Source: an uncultured Verrucomicrobiota bacterium
Lineage (GTDB): Bacteria > Verrucomicrobiota > Verrucomicrobiia > Opitutales > UBA9783
Direction of reading: 5' to 3'
Length of the DNA: 64,000 bases
Assembly (NCBI GenBank): GCA_946186275.1
Contig: CAMHMO010000001.1
Coordinates: 10,511 to 74,510, forward strand
Below, in pieces: positions 51,534 to 61,812 of this stretch. The notes beneath the pieces were generated by a model. It saw only the letters and a program-made list of their open reading frames with translations. It made no database searches and was not told where the DNA came from. Numbering within the stretch: position 1 is the stretch's first letter; each line of letters begins with the position of its first letter. Both the position numbers and the translations under genes were made by a program.

Positions 51534-52394
51534 TTAATTTCTGGTATCGTGATGAAATTCCGTTTTGCCCGAATGTTCCGAAAAATATGCCTTCGCAAAC
51601 GCAATCCAAAGTTCCAAGGGAACAGCTTCGGCGCGTACGGTTTTCGGAAGATTTTGTTTTTCCAAAAAATGAAGAAAATCATCTACAAATAACGCATGGC
51701 TGTCTTTGCAGGCGCGTGCGATCTGTTGCCGACGGTGCGTAAAAATCGTACGTATAAACTGCTTAAATTCTTTCGGGAAAAGATGGCCGTCGGTACGTTT
51801 TTGAATATGAAGCAATACGGAATCCACCTTCGGTTGCGGATAAAAACATCGCTTGGACACACTGCATTTTTGCTCCAACCGATACATTGCCTGTAAATAA
51901 ATGCCAATCGCGCCGAAAGATTTGCATCCGCTTTCGGAAAACCAACGCTCGGCGGCTTCTTTCTGAACCAATAAAACCATTATCTCTGGCAATCGCGGCA
52001 GTTCCAGGATTTTATCCAACCAAACGCTCGCAATGGCGTACGGTAAGTTTGCGACCACTTTGCAAGGTTGCGAACAATCGAAATTACCGACGGGAAAATC
52101 GACCGCATCGGCTTGAAGGATATTGACAGGGAAATGTTCCGAAATGTGCCGCGCAAGGATCGGATCTTTTTCGACGGCAAATACGCGCACGCCCGTTTTT
52201 ACCAAATCATCCGTCAGCGTTCCGCAACCGGGACCGACTTCAACCACGGCATCTAAAGGTTCAATTTGCGCCCATTGAACCGACTGTTCCACGACCCATG
52301 CATCGATCAAAAAATTCTGCCCCAGCTTACGCTTGGGATGAACACCCAACCTCCGCAGGATTTCCCGCGTCTCCGAAAACGAAAACGCCATCAA
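51534..52394 (-). CDS. rsmA: 16S rRNA adenine dimethyltransferase KsgA
   Basis: KLGQNFLID, EVGPGCG, VANLPY, FYPQPKVDS. Confidence 0.95.
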   Translation of the reverse strand: MMAFSFSETREILRRLGVHPKRKLGQNFLIDAWVVEQSVQWAQIEPLDAVVEVGPGCGTLTDDLVKTGVRVFAVEKDPILARHISEHFPVNILQADAVDFPVGNFDCSQPCKVVANLPYAIASVWLDKILELPRLPEIMVLLVQKEAAERWFSESGCKSFGAIGIYLQAMYRLEQKCSVSKRCFYPQPKVDSVLLHIQKRTDGHLFPKEFKQFIRTIFTHRRQQIARACKDSHALFVDDFLHFLEKQNLPKTVRAEAVPLELWIAFAKAYFSEHSGKTEFHHDTRN

Positions 52395-52400
52395 AACAGC

Positions 52401-52601
52401 TTACAGGAAGTCGTGCTTCTGGCGCAACATATTGTTAAACGCGGCAACTTTCTTTTTCCGCCGACGCTTCTCGCTGGGCGCCTCGAAGTAGCGCTTGTCC
52501 TTCGCGTCGCGCAGGATATTTTCATAAATCAACTTGCGTTTCAACCGACGCAACGCCTTTTCGACGGTTTCACCTTTACGAACTTTAACATCAACGGGCA
52601 T
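52401..52601 (-). CDS. rpsU: 30S ribosomal protein S21
   Basis: MPVDVKVRKGETVEKALRRLKRK...RYFEAPSEKRRRKKK; true start at 52601. Confidence 0.92.
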   Translation of the reverse strand: MPVDVKVRKGETVEKALRRLKRKLIYENILRDAKDKRYFEAPSEKRRRKKKVAAFNNMLRQKHDFL

Positions 52602-52740
52602 GCCAATTTCTCCTGACGTCCCCATGGAACACGTTGGGCGCGGTACCGTCAAGCGTTTTTCGCGAGATTTCCGCAAATCAAGCTGCTCCCGTGTCGGAAA
52701 TATCTTGCGATGAACGTTCGGCAACGTACACTGAAAGAGG

Positions 52741-53688
52741 ATGGTGCAGTCAACCCTCGGAGAACGTTTGCAACAGGCGCGACAACAGTCGGGTTGGTCT
52801 CTGGAGGATGTTTCGGGGAAATTGAACATTTCCAAGGAGATTTTGGCGGGTTTTGAGACAAACGAGTTTGCTGTTAAATTGCCGAAAATTTATGCGCGCG
52901 GTTTTTTCATCGCCTACGTTAAACTCTTGAATTTAAACGTGTCGGCTTTTTTGGCGGAGTATGAGACGCTAAGAGGAACTTCCAAAAAAACGGGATTTCC
53001 ATCTTTGGGACATTTGCAATTTGAAACGGGAGAAGAAACGGTGCAGGAAGATACTCAAGCTTTACCCGAAGTGCCGATGAGCTCCCCGAGACGTCTAAAG
53101 GTCGATTTTCGCGCCGCTCTCCGTAATAGATATTTTATATCTTTTGCCGTTATCAGTGCGATCCTTTTGCTTTTATTCGGCTGTCGGTCTCGTAAAAAAA
53201 CGCCATCGATTGATACGGAGGCAGTGCCGTTGGTGGTTAATGAAGTGGAAATCATTCCGGCGTTGACGGAAGAAAGCGCGACCGTTGTGACCCGAACGGA
53301 ACCGTCGATGTTTCTGTCGCAGGAAGCGGACGTCGGTGCTTCAACCAAGACGGTTATCGATTATTCGCCGAAGGGGGTTGCCGATGATTTACAAACAACA
53401 ACCGCTCGTGTCTTATCGAAGTCGGAAACAGATATGCCAATGAGTGTAGTTACTCCCGAAATCATCACCCTGGTCGCTTCCGGAACGGTTCAGGTTTTTG
53501 TACGTACCGAACAGGATAAAAAGCGCGTGTTTTTCGGAACGCTCGAAGCGGGCGCGCGACAATCGGTTCCGAAAGAAGCGGCATTGCAGGTTTCCTTTTC
53601 CGAAGGCGGAAACTTGATCATTGAGCGTTCGGACGGTACCGCCATTCGCCCTCAAACGTCCGGGCGCGGTTGGATTCGCATCCCATGA
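52741..53688 (+). CDS. RodZ-like HTH membrane protein
   Basis: LGERLQQARQQSGWSLEDVS...YARGFFIAYVKLL, TM segment, C-terminal beta domain. Confidence 0.8.
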   Translation: MVQSTLGERLQQARQQSGWSLEDVSGKLNISKEILAGFETNEFAVKLPKIYARGFFIAYVKLLNLNVSAFLAEYETLRGTSKKTGFPSLGHLQFETGEETVQEDTQALPEVPMSSPRRLKVDFRAALRNRYFISFAVISAILLLLFGCRSRKKTPSIDTEAVPLVVNEVEIIPALTEESATVVTRTEPSMFLSQEADVGASTKTVIDYSPKGVADDLQTTTARVLSKSETDMPMSVVTPEIITLVASGTVQVFVRTEQDKKRVFFGTLEAGARQSVPKEAALQVSFSEGGNLIIERSDGTAIRPQTSGRGWIRIP

Positions 53689-54128
53689 AAATTGCCGATA
53701 CCTTTATTTATCTGAAACAGGTCGTCATGACCTCGTCGGGAACCTGTCTCTTCTTAGGAAACGACCAAAAAACGTTCATTATCTACGTCGATCCCGTTAT
53801 GGGGGAGCAAATCCGCTTTGCGTCCTCAAAACAAGCCCCGTCGCGTCCGTTGACATTTGATTTCATGCGCTACCTGCTGTTCGGATTGGATGTTTCCGTA
53901 CGGCATATCGTTCTTTACCGTGCCGAAAAAGAAACTTTCTTTGCAAAGGTCATTTGCCAACAATCGTGCGGTTCCCTGACGCATCTCACGGAATTGGATG
54001 TTCGCCCCAGCGACGCCATACTCCTGAGTCTGGCAACAAGCAAACCGATTGCGATTGACGGCGGTTTATTTCAATCTTTGTCGGATGCGGGCGATTTGTT
54101 GGAGAATTTTTTGAAAATGAAGGAGTAG
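53685..54128 (+). CDS. Bifunctional nuclease (DUF151) family protein
   Basis: RPLTFDF, ETFFAKV, LDVRPSDAILL; ATGA overlap with the previous gene. Confidence 0.85.
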   Translation: MKIADTFIYLKQVVMTSSGTCLFLGNDQKTFIIYVDPVMGEQIRFASSKQAPSRPLTFDFMRYLLFGLDVSVRHIVLYRAEKETFFAKVICQQSCGSLTHLTELDVRPSDAILLSLATSKPIAIDGGLFQSLSDAGDLLENFLKMKE

Positions 54129-54161
54129 AAAATAAATTTTTTTCATAGAAAGCAAAAAATT

Positions 54162-55274
54162 ATGAACGAACAAAAAAACGTAAGATACTGCAAACGGTGC
54201 GTGATGAACGACGCATCGGATAAAGAAATCCGTTTTGATGAAAACGGGTATTGCAACTACTGCACGCGGGCTTTGAGGATTATGCCTAAAATTTATTTCC
54301 CGAACGAAATCGGGAAGCGCAAAATAGAAGCGATGCTCGAGCAAATTAAGCGTGACGGTAAAGATAAACCTTATGATTGCATTATAGGACTTTCGGGCGG
54401 ACTGGATTCATCATACTTGACGTATTTGTGTCATACGTGGGGATTGAGGAGTTTAGCCGTTCACATTGACGACGGTTTTGATACGGAAATTTCTAAACAA
54501 AATATCAAAAAACTGTGCAACGCGGCTCATGTTGAACTTCGAACCGTTATACCCGATGCGGAACAATACAATGCCCTTTCATTGGCGTACATGAAAGCCG
54601 GAGTTGCCAATTTGGATATTCCACAGGATAACATTCTTGTTGGTTTTTTATATGATACCTTTAAACAGGAGAAGGTTGGTTATTTACTGTCAGGATATAA
54701 TTTTGCAACAGAAAGCATTTTACAAAAAGGTGTTATTTTTGATGCCAAAGATTTAACCAATTTGAAGGCTATTCACAGTCGTTTTGGTACGCAAAAGATC
54801 GATAAGTTAAAATTCATATCACAATTGCAGTATCAAAAGTTAATGAAAACCGTGGGTAAATTTACACCCTTGAATTACCTTGAATATAATCGTAATAAAG
54901 CACTCGAAGAATTAAATGAATTCTGCGGTTTTGAGTATTACGGTCGAAAGCATTTGGAAAACATCTTTACGGCGTTTATTCAATGTTATTGGTTCCCGAA
55001 AAAATTCGGTGTCGATAAGCGCACTTCACACTTGTCGAGTATGATTGTTTCTGGGCAAATCACGCGTGAACAAGCGATGCAGGAATTACAAGAGCCGCTG
55101 TATGATACAGAACAAATGAACGGCTACATTGCTCTCATAAAGGAGAGATTTGGAATTACGGATCGGGAATTTGATCAAATTATGGCAGCCGAAACACATC
55201 AACATACCGATTATTCTTACGATCGAGTATGGAAGTGGTTGCAGAAGATAAAGCACGATGTTTTGAAGAGGTAA
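54162..55274 (+). CDS. N-acetyl sugar amidotransferase (WbpG-like)
   Basis: YCKRCVM...CNYC, YDCIIGLSGGLDSS (PP-loop), YGRKHLEN, FGVDKR. Confidence 0.88.
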   Translation: MNEQKNVRYCKRCVMNDASDKEIRFDENGYCNYCTRALRIMPKIYFPNEIGKRKIEAMLEQIKRDGKDKPYDCIIGLSGGLDSSYLTYLCHTWGLRSLAVHIDDGFDTEISKQNIKKLCNAAHVELRTVIPDAEQYNALSLAYMKAGVANLDIPQDNILVGFLYDTFKQEKVGYLLSGYNFATESILQKGVIFDAKDLTNLKAIHSRFGTQKIDKLKFISQLQYQKLMKTVGKFTPLNYLEYNRNKALEELNEFCGFEYYGRKHLENIFTAFIQCYWFPKKFGVDKRTSHLSSMIVSGQITREQAMQELQEPLYDTEQMNGYIALIKERFGITDREFDQIMAAETHQHTDYSYDRVWKWLQKIKHDVLKR

Positions 55275-55609
55275 ATACTCCGAGCCGTTATCAGAGATGA
55301 TGTGCTGTGAGAGGTGCGGGCGTGGTGTTTTTTTTGTGTCTGGTCTCGTGTAATTTGGTGTGCTGCGTGCTGATGCAGGTGCTGCATTTGTATATGCATG
55401 ATGCAGAGTGCTTTGTTCAAGTAGGCTCTTGGCTATCTGAGTTTACGCTGGGAAAGCCGAGTTTTTTTAGTCATTTTGTTTTTTGAACAATCTTCAAGTC
55501 CTATTAACTATCTGATTGCTTTTAATTATTGCAATGTTTCTTAAATTCGAAGCACATATAAGCAACAAGTGGATAAAAATCGACCGTCTTTTCCGGAAAA
55601 TTTCCAACC

Positions 55610-56854
55610 CTACTCTAATTTCTTAAACAACAATGCGCTGTTTTGTCCTCCGAAGCCTAAATTATCGGAAATCGCAACCTCAACATTACGTTCGACGGCT
55701 TTGTTTGGAGTATAATTTAAATCGCACTCGGGATCGGGATGTTCATAATTGATCGTCGGCGGGATGACACCCGTTTCTAAGGTTTTGACGGTAGCGACGG
55801 CTTCCACCGCGCCTGCCGCACCGAGCAAGTGTCCAAGCATCGATTTAATGGAACTGATATTTAACTTTTTCGCGTGCTCGCCGAAAACCGTCTTAATAGC
55901 CTTTGTTTCCAATAAATCGTTGTAATGCGTAGATGTGCCGTGAGCATTGATGTAATCGACCGCATCGACGGGAGTTTTTGATTTTTCCAACAAATTTTTA
56001 AAACAGGCAATCAGTGCCTTTCCCGACGGTTCCGGGCGCGTGATGTGAAACGCATCGCAGGATGCCGCGTAACCTGCCAATTCGCAATAGATGTGTGCGC
56101 CGCGTTTCTGCGCATGTTCCAGCGTTTCCAATATCAAAACACCTGCCCCCTCCCCCATCACAAAGCCGTCGCGTTGGGCATCAAAGGGTCGGCTGGCCTT
56201 TTCGGGGCAATCGTTAAAGTGTGTACTGAGAGCTTTCATGGAGCAAAAGCCCGAAAACGCTAACACCTGCACCGCTGCTTCCGCACCGCCTGCGACCATC
56301 ACATCCGCATCGCCGCATTGAAGACAACGGTACGCTTCGCCGATGGCGTGCGAACCGGATGAACAGGCACTGACGATACCGAAACTCGGTCCGCGCATCC
56401 CCAAAGCAATCGCAACCGTCCCCGAAGCCATGTTGCAAATAATGGACGGGATCATGAACGGCGAGATATAACGCGGCCCCTTTGAAAAAAGTTTGAATGA
56501 CTGTTCCTCGATATTTTGCATGCCACCGATGCCGGTGCCAATCAACACGCCGCAACGTTCTGATTCGGCATCCGAAACCGACAACTGCGCATCTTCAACC
56601 GCCATTTTTGCGGCGGCAACCGCGTATTGAACATAAGGATCGGTGCGATTGACTTCCTTCGCGTCCATGTACGGCGACGGATCGAAGCCGATAACCTCCG
56701 AAGCTACCTTACACGGCAATTCGGACGCATCAAAGTGCGACACGGTTCGTATTCCCGAACGACCCGCAATCAAAGCCGACCAAAACTCTTCAACATTATG
56801 CCCAAGAGCATTTATCGCTCCAAGCCCGGTAACAACAACACGACGGTCGTTCAT
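55610..56854 (-). CDS. fabF: 3-oxoacyl-ACP synthase II
   Basis: RRVVVTGLG, VSACSSG, NAHGTST, KSMLGHLLGAAG. Confidence 0.95.
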   Translation of the reverse strand: MNDRRVVVTGLGAINALGHNVEEFWSALIAGRSGIRTVSHFDASELPCKVASEVIGFDPSPYMDAKEVNRTDPYVQYAVAAAKMAVEDAQLSVSDAESERCGVLIGTGIGGMQNIEEQSFKLFSKGPRYISPFMIPSIICNMASGTVAIALGMRGPSFGIVSACSSGSHAIGEAYRCLQCGDADVMVAGGAEAAVQVLAFSGFCSMKALSTHFNDCPEKASRPFDAQRDGFVMGEGAGVLILETLEHAQKRGAHIYCELAGYAASCDAFHITRPEPSGKALIACFKNLLEKSKTPVDAVDYINAHGTSTHYNDLLETKAIKTVFGEHAKKLNISSIKSMLGHLLGAAGAVEAVATVKTLETGVIPPTINYEHPDPECDLNYTPNKAVERNVEVAISDNLGFGGQNSALLFKKLE

Positions 56855-57086
56855 ATCAAAAATGATGGCTTTCAATCGGATTAAACCGACGATTCAATCG
56901 AAAATTGCAGAGCGTATGTTTCCGAAACCGATCCGTGATATATGCACATTCGCCAATAAAAGCCGCAGGGAAATTAAAATAACTCACGAAATTTTCCCTC
57001 AGAAACGCATCCAGAGCTCCCGCTCCCGCCTCTCTACAAGCAGACAGGTATTCCCTGCCGAAAAATCGTTTTAAATCGTTCAAGCG

Positions 57087-57371
57087 TTAAGCGAGCTTCC
57101 CGTCGTTTTCGATGTACTTAATGACACTGCCGACGGTTGTCAGCTGTTCGGCATCTTTTTCGGAAATCTCGCCGTTGATTTTTTCTTTAAAAACTTCTTC
57201 CAACTTCATCACCAATTCCACCTGATCCAAAGAATCCGCACCCAAATCATCCTTGAAGGAAGCTTCATCCGTCACCTGCTCCGGCTTAACGCCGAGAACT
57301 TCAACGATGACATTTTTAACCTGCTCCCGAATGCTTAAGTCGGACACATTGTTTGATGTATTTTCAGCCAT
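57087..57371 (-). CDS. acpP: Acyl carrier protein
   Basis: [15 protein letters not shown]; lies between fabG and fabF. Confidence 0.95.
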   Translation of the reverse strand: MAENTSNNVSDLSIREQVKNVIVEVLGVKPEQVTDEASFKDDLGADSLDQVELVMKLEEVFKEKINGEISEKDAEQLTTVGSVIKYIENDGKLA

Positions 57372-57434
57372 AAAATTCGTTAAATTTTACACCTTCACGG
57401 TAAATGTTTTTCGCTGGAAGGCAAGCCGTTTTCG

Positions 57435-58178
57435 CTACATGTACAAACCGCCGTTCAGATGCAACACCTGCCCCGTTATGTAGGAAGCCTCGTCGGAAGC
57501 CAAAAAGACGGCGGCGTTGGCAACATCCTCCGCCGTTCCCAAACGTTTCGACGGGATCATCTTCTTCACCTGCTCCAACGTCTCCGCACCGAGACTTTGC
57601 GCCATCTGGGTGTCAACAAACCCGGGCGCGATGGCATTAACCGTAACACAACGCCCCGCCAGCTCTTTTGCTAGGGATTTCGTGAAACCGATTAAACCGC
57701 CCTTTGCCGCCGCATAATTCGTCTGCCCTGCATTTCCCATCACACCCGAAACCGACGCCATATTGATAACGCGTCCCCAACGGCTCCGCGCCATGAACGG
57801 TACAAATTGCTTACAAATATAAAAGGCACTGAACAAATCCGTGAAAAGCACCTGTTCCCAATCCTCATCGCTCATTTTGATGAACAATTTATCGCGGATA
57901 ATACCCGCATTGTTCACCAAAATATCCACCCTCGGGTAACGTTCCGAAAGCGTTTGACAGACCTCCGCGATATTTGCCTTATCGGCAACATCCATCGGAA
58001 ACGCATCCGCTTGTCCGCCCGAAGAACGAATTTCCTCGGCAACCGATCGGCAATTTTCTGGATTACGGCTGACGCACAATACCGTCGCGCCCTCTTTTGC
58101 AAAGGCTTCCGCGATTGCTTTTCCGATGCCGCGCCCGGCACCCGTCACAACCGCCGTATGTCCCTCCAGTCGCCCCAT
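57435..58178 (-). CDS. fabG: 3-oxoacyl-ACP reductase
   Basis: VTGAGRGIG, NNAGI, GQTNYAAAK, NAIAPGFV. Confidence 0.95.
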   Translation of the reverse strand: MGRLEGHTAVVTGAGRGIGKAIAEAFAKEGATVLCVSRNPENCRSVAEEIRSSGGQADAFPMDVADKANIAEVCQTLSERYPRVDILVNNAGIIRDKLFIKMSDEDWEQVLFTDLFSAFYICKQFVPFMARSRWGRVINMASVSGVMGNAGQTNYAAAKGGLIGFTKSLAKELAGRCVTVNAIAPGFVDTQMAQSLGAETLEQVKKMIPSKRLGTAEDVANAAVFLASDEASYITGQVLHLNGGLYM

Positions 58179-58281
58179 ACCCGTCTTCTAAAGGCTTATT
58201 TTTCGAAATGCAAGGATATAAATCGGTGTGCTTCCTAAAGAACTAAAGGCATATAACAATTCCGCTTTTTACTGCTTGCGC

Positions 58282-58541
58282 CTATTTATAGTGGCTCCAG
58301 CAGCTTACAAAAAGCACGGTGTCATTTGTCTCCAAAGAATACACCAATCGATGCTGTCGGTTAATTCTCCGTGTGAATACGTTCGCTCGCGACCCGAAAG
58401 TTTTTCGTAAGGCGGTGGCGTTTGAAAGGGATTTTCAAACACAAGTGCAATAAGCCGTTTTATCTCTGTAAGAAACGGTGTATATCTTGCTTTTTCGAGA
58501 TCTTTCATAAAGCGATTTCGATAAACCGCATTCATCATCAT
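58282..58541 (-). pseudogene. Txe/YoeB toxin paralog inactivated by a 2-nt insertion
   Basis: PFQTPPPYEKLSGRERTYS, then TCACACGG; removing one CA restores RRINRQHRLVY...SCWSHYK* ending at 58282. Confidence 0.88.
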
Positions 58542-58826
58542 TCATATACCAAGAGATTTAAATATTTCGTCGGCGGAATGATATACCTTCAATTTGCCGT
58601 TTTTAAGATCTTCTCGCGCCTCATCGATTTCCCGATATAGTTCTTCAACAGGGTAAGGCTCAACTTCTTCCTCCTCTTCTTTCGCTCCGCTCGCGTCTTT
58701 CGCGCGCATCCATTCCAGGCTCATCGCCGCATATCGATCCGTCGAAACACCCGCGTGTTCCGCGCATTCCTCAAGATATTGATACAATTCCGGACGCAAC
58801 CCGACCGTTAAATGCTTTAATTCCAT
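58542..58826 (-). CDS. Type II antitoxin, paralog of 29914-30171
   Basis: TVGLRPELYQYL...YPVEELYREIDEA...GKLKVY aligns by eye with SVSLRPKLYQWV...YPIEDLYKDIDKA...GRMKFY. Confidence 0.75.
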   Translation of the reverse strand: MELKHLTVGLRPELYQYLEECAEHAGVSTDRYAAMSLEWMRAKDASGAKEEEEEVEPYPVEELYREIDEAREDLKNGKLKVYHSADEIFKSLGI

Positions 58827-59125
58827 ACCGCGATTTATCCGTATTTTTGCCTGTTTCGACACTTTTATCAACGAACGGCGGGATGATAAGTGGCGTACTT
58901 TGAATAGGAAACAGTCCTCAATATGGATAAAAAGAAAATGTTGTCATACGTGTCTTGAAGTACGTACTCCGAAATTAAGCCGCAACCTTCTTATTTTTTA
59001 TTACATGACTGGATGTAATCTCAGACATTTCGTCAACGGAAGAAAAAAAAGATGCATACAATAAAGGCTCGACGTTGCTTCCGTTATGCAACGCAGTTGC
59101 ACTCTGCCCTGCTTTGTCCCCCGCT

Positions 59126-60202
59126 CTATTTTCTACTTTCGTCTAATGTCCGATTTGGATCCAATTTTACCGCCGAAGCGACCCAAGAGGCGGCGAAGGC
59201 AATCATCGTGGCATTATCACCGCAATACTTTTTCTTCGGCATAAACAGCGGAATTTTTTCCCGATCCGCCGTCTGCTGCAGTTGCCGTCGTAAACGTTGA
59301 TTATTGGAAACGCCGCCCGAAACACCAAGGCTTTTAAACGTTTTCATGCGCAATACTTGTCGAACTTTACAAACGAGCGCATCAACAACAGCCGCCTGGT
59401 AAGAGGCGCAAATCGAGGCTTTTTGTTTTTCGATCGTTTCAGGGGATAATTTTTCCAGAAAATAGCGCAAACTGGTTTTTAAGCCCGAAAAACTGAATTT
59501 TAACTCCGAAGTTTGAGAAAAAGCGCGCGGAAATTGAACAAAATCCTCATTCCCGCTCTGTGCGCAACGTTCGACGAGCGGTCCCCCCGGATACGTGAAC
59601 CCCAGTAACTTTCCGCCTTTATCCAACGCTTCGCCCGCCGCATCATCGACCGTTTGCGCCCATATGCGGAAGGTAAGTTTTTGAGAAAATGTGCCTGTTT
59701 GAACGGCATCTTTTGAACCTGAACCGTCCGGGATACCTTCAACATTCATTTCAAACAACAGCGTATTCCCGCCTGAAACCAACAGTCCCAAGTGCGGGCA
59801 AACGGCTTCGAACGTAAAATTCTTATCCTCCTCAAACGCTTCGATAAACGGCGACAGTGCGTGTCCGTGCAGATGATTGACGCCGTACAGAGGGCATTTT
59901 AACAATAACTGCAACGATTGCGCATACGCAACGCCCATGCCGAGGCAGCCGATGAGCCCCGGACCGTGCGTTACGCAAAGTGCGTCAATCGTCGATAAAT
60001 CGAAATTCTTTTGAAGTTCCTCCAGTAAAATCGGGAAGCCCTTTAAATGTTCGCGGATGGCGATGCCGGGAACGACACCGCCGTAGGAAGCATGGACGTC
60101 GATTTGGGATAAAACACTCTCATACAATACCCGCCGCTGTTCGGTATCCCAAACGGCGAGTGCCGTTTCATCACACGAACTTTCGAGGGCTAGCCAACGC
60201 AC
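59126..60202 (-). CDS. tsaD: tRNA N6-adenosine threonylcarbamoyltransferase
   Basis: GTG start; LALESSCDET, HASYGGVVP, GPGL, LLVSGG, TVDDAAGEALDK, YCGDNATMI. Confidence 0.95.
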   Translation of the reverse strand: MRWLALESSCDETALAVWDTEQRRVLYESVLSQIDVHASYGGVVPGIAIREHLKGFPILLEELQKNFDLSTIDALCVTHGPGLIGCLGMGVAYAQSLQLLLKCPLYGVNHLHGHALSPFIEAFEEDKNFTFEAVCPHLGLLVSGGNTLLFEMNVEGIPDGSGSKDAVQTGTFSQKLTFRIWAQTVDDAAGEALDKGGKLLGFTYPGGPLVERCAQSGNEDFVQFPRAFSQTSELKFSFSGLKTSLRYFLEKLSPETIEKQKASICASYQAAVVDALVCKVRQVLRMKTFKSLGVSGGVSNNQRLRRQLQQTADREKIPLFMPKKKYCGDNATMIAFAASWVASAVKLDPNRTLDESRK

Positions 60203-60696
60203 GGATGTTGTGCCTCCCAAACGGCGTCGCACAATTCCCGAACCGCGCCACACCCGCCGTTATGGTGCGAAATAAAATTGCACACGCCTTTTACTTCCGA
60301 AATTGCATCGTTCGGGCATGCGGCGCAACCGACCGCTTTTAAAACGGGTAAATCGATCAAATCGTCGCCCATAAACGCCACTTCGTGCGGTTGCAGGTTC
60401 AGCTTTTTGATTAAATCGTCGAAAACGGGTTTTTTGTCCAAAACGCCCAGGAAAATATGTTGCACGCCCATGTACTCGGCGCGCTTGGTCACAATCGGGC
60501 TGGTTCCGCCCGTAATGATGCCGAATTGATACCCTTCCAGGCTCATCTGCCAGACTTTCAAGCCGTCTTTGACGTTGAAAACCTTCATGGTTTCGCCCTG
60601 GTCCGAAAAGTAAATCTTCCCGTCGGTCAATACGCCGTCCACGTCAAAAACCATCAGCTTTATGCCAGCCAAAACGCGCTTCAAATCGCTTCCCAC
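60190..60696 (-). CDS. kdsC: KDO 8-phosphate phosphatase (HAD family)
   Basis: FDVDGVLTDG, FNVKDG, FMGDDLID, GGCGAVRE. Confidence 0.92.
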   Translation of the reverse strand: MGSDLKRVLAGIKLMVFDVDGVLTDGKIYFSDQGETMKVFNVKDGLKVWQMSLEGYQFGIITGGTSPIVTKRAEYMGVQHIFLGVLDKKPVFDDLIKKLNLQPHEVAFMGDDLIDLPVLKAVGCAACPNDAISEVKGVCNFISHHNGGCGAVRELCDAVWEAQHPCVG

Positions 60697-60801
60697 GCTT
60701 CCAAGGTGAAATCTTCGGCGGTCGGACGCAATGCAAAATCCTTTTGCCGAAACAACGCCGAAGGTTCCGCCTTGGTGCGTGAAAAGCGTTTTTTGAAAAC
60801 T

Positions 60802-61056
60802 TCAATCATTCATGGACGATCGAAAGGCAAGTTCTCTTGCGAGAAAGCTTTCGGCTTGCGAAACCGTTTTGTGGATGGTCGAAATGTTTTTCGACAAATG
60901 CTCCAAGTCGGAACCCGCATCAACAAGTGCTTCCGAGGCTCTTGCAATCACGCTGTAGAGACACGCCAACTGGTTACTTGCGTTCGTCAAATCTTTAAGG
61001 ACACTGTTGAGAAATTCCGAAGACGGAACACTGCTTTTGCTGTTTTTACTTTTCAT
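60802..61056 (-). CDS. Small hypothetical helical protein (84 aa)
   Basis: ATG-initiated ORF with heptad-like S/A/L pattern. Confidence 0.4.
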   Translation of the reverse strand: MKSKNSKSSVPSSEFLNSVLKDLTNASNQLACLYSVIARASEALVDAGSDLEHLSKNISTIHKTVSQAESFLARELAFRSSMND

Positions 61057-61142
61057 AAAGGATACTTTTGTTTCAGCGTTACGCTGTCACAACCTGTCTT
61101 TTATCTCGAAATTTTTACATTATCAACCGTTTTTTGAAATTT

Positions 61143-61577
61143 TTACTGTTTTTCTTTAAAATTTACCGAACAAAACTCGGTATCAAATTCAACAACCAAA
61201 TCGGTTGCGCAACCTGCATGTATATCAACAATGTCACCGTCTTTTTTGTTGTCTGCCGACGAACTGAAATTGATTGCTTTTACCTTCACCTTTGCAAGGG
61301 TTTCATTGTCAGAGTTTTCAAGCTCAATCCAATCGCTCGCATGCACCGTAAAAACTTTTTCGGTGATGCCTTTCAATCGGCAACGGCTTTCGTCAAGAAA
61401 CGCGACTTCAATCTTCAGTTCAAGCTTCGAAACGATGCGCCGTTCGCCGTTTTCGTCCAAACCTTCGAAATTGTTGCAACTCTCGGCGCGCTTCATCAAC
61501 AGTTGACATATTAAAGCACCGTTCTTGCATTCATAAATGCTCAGGATTTGTCCTAATTTTCGCGTTGTGATCGCCAT
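61143..61577 (-). CDS. Hypothetical protein (144 aa)
   Basis: ATG-initiated ORF, co-oriented with 60802-61056; no motif. Confidence 0.45.
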   Translation of the reverse strand: MAITTRKLGQILSIYECKNGALICQLLMKRAESCNNFEGLDENGERRIVSKLELKIEVAFLDESRCRLKGITEKVFTVHASDWIELENSDNETLAKVKVKAINFSSSADNKKDGDIVDIHAGCATDLVVEFDTEFCSVNFKEKQ

Positions 61578-61812
61578 TGCCTGCTACCCCATTGGATTGC
61601 GCCGTAATTTTTTTATCAACTTTTTTCCGACTTTTCTTATATAGACATAAAAATTGGAAAAATACGCAAGGTATTACGGATTTACGGAAAAAAATGCGTA
61701 TGCGAAGGCATCGGAGGCGATTGAGTCCTTCCGCCGAAATGCCGAACGATTTTACGCTAAAGTACCGATTAAAATATCGCCAAAGTACCGATTTTTGGTT
61801 TTCATACATGGT

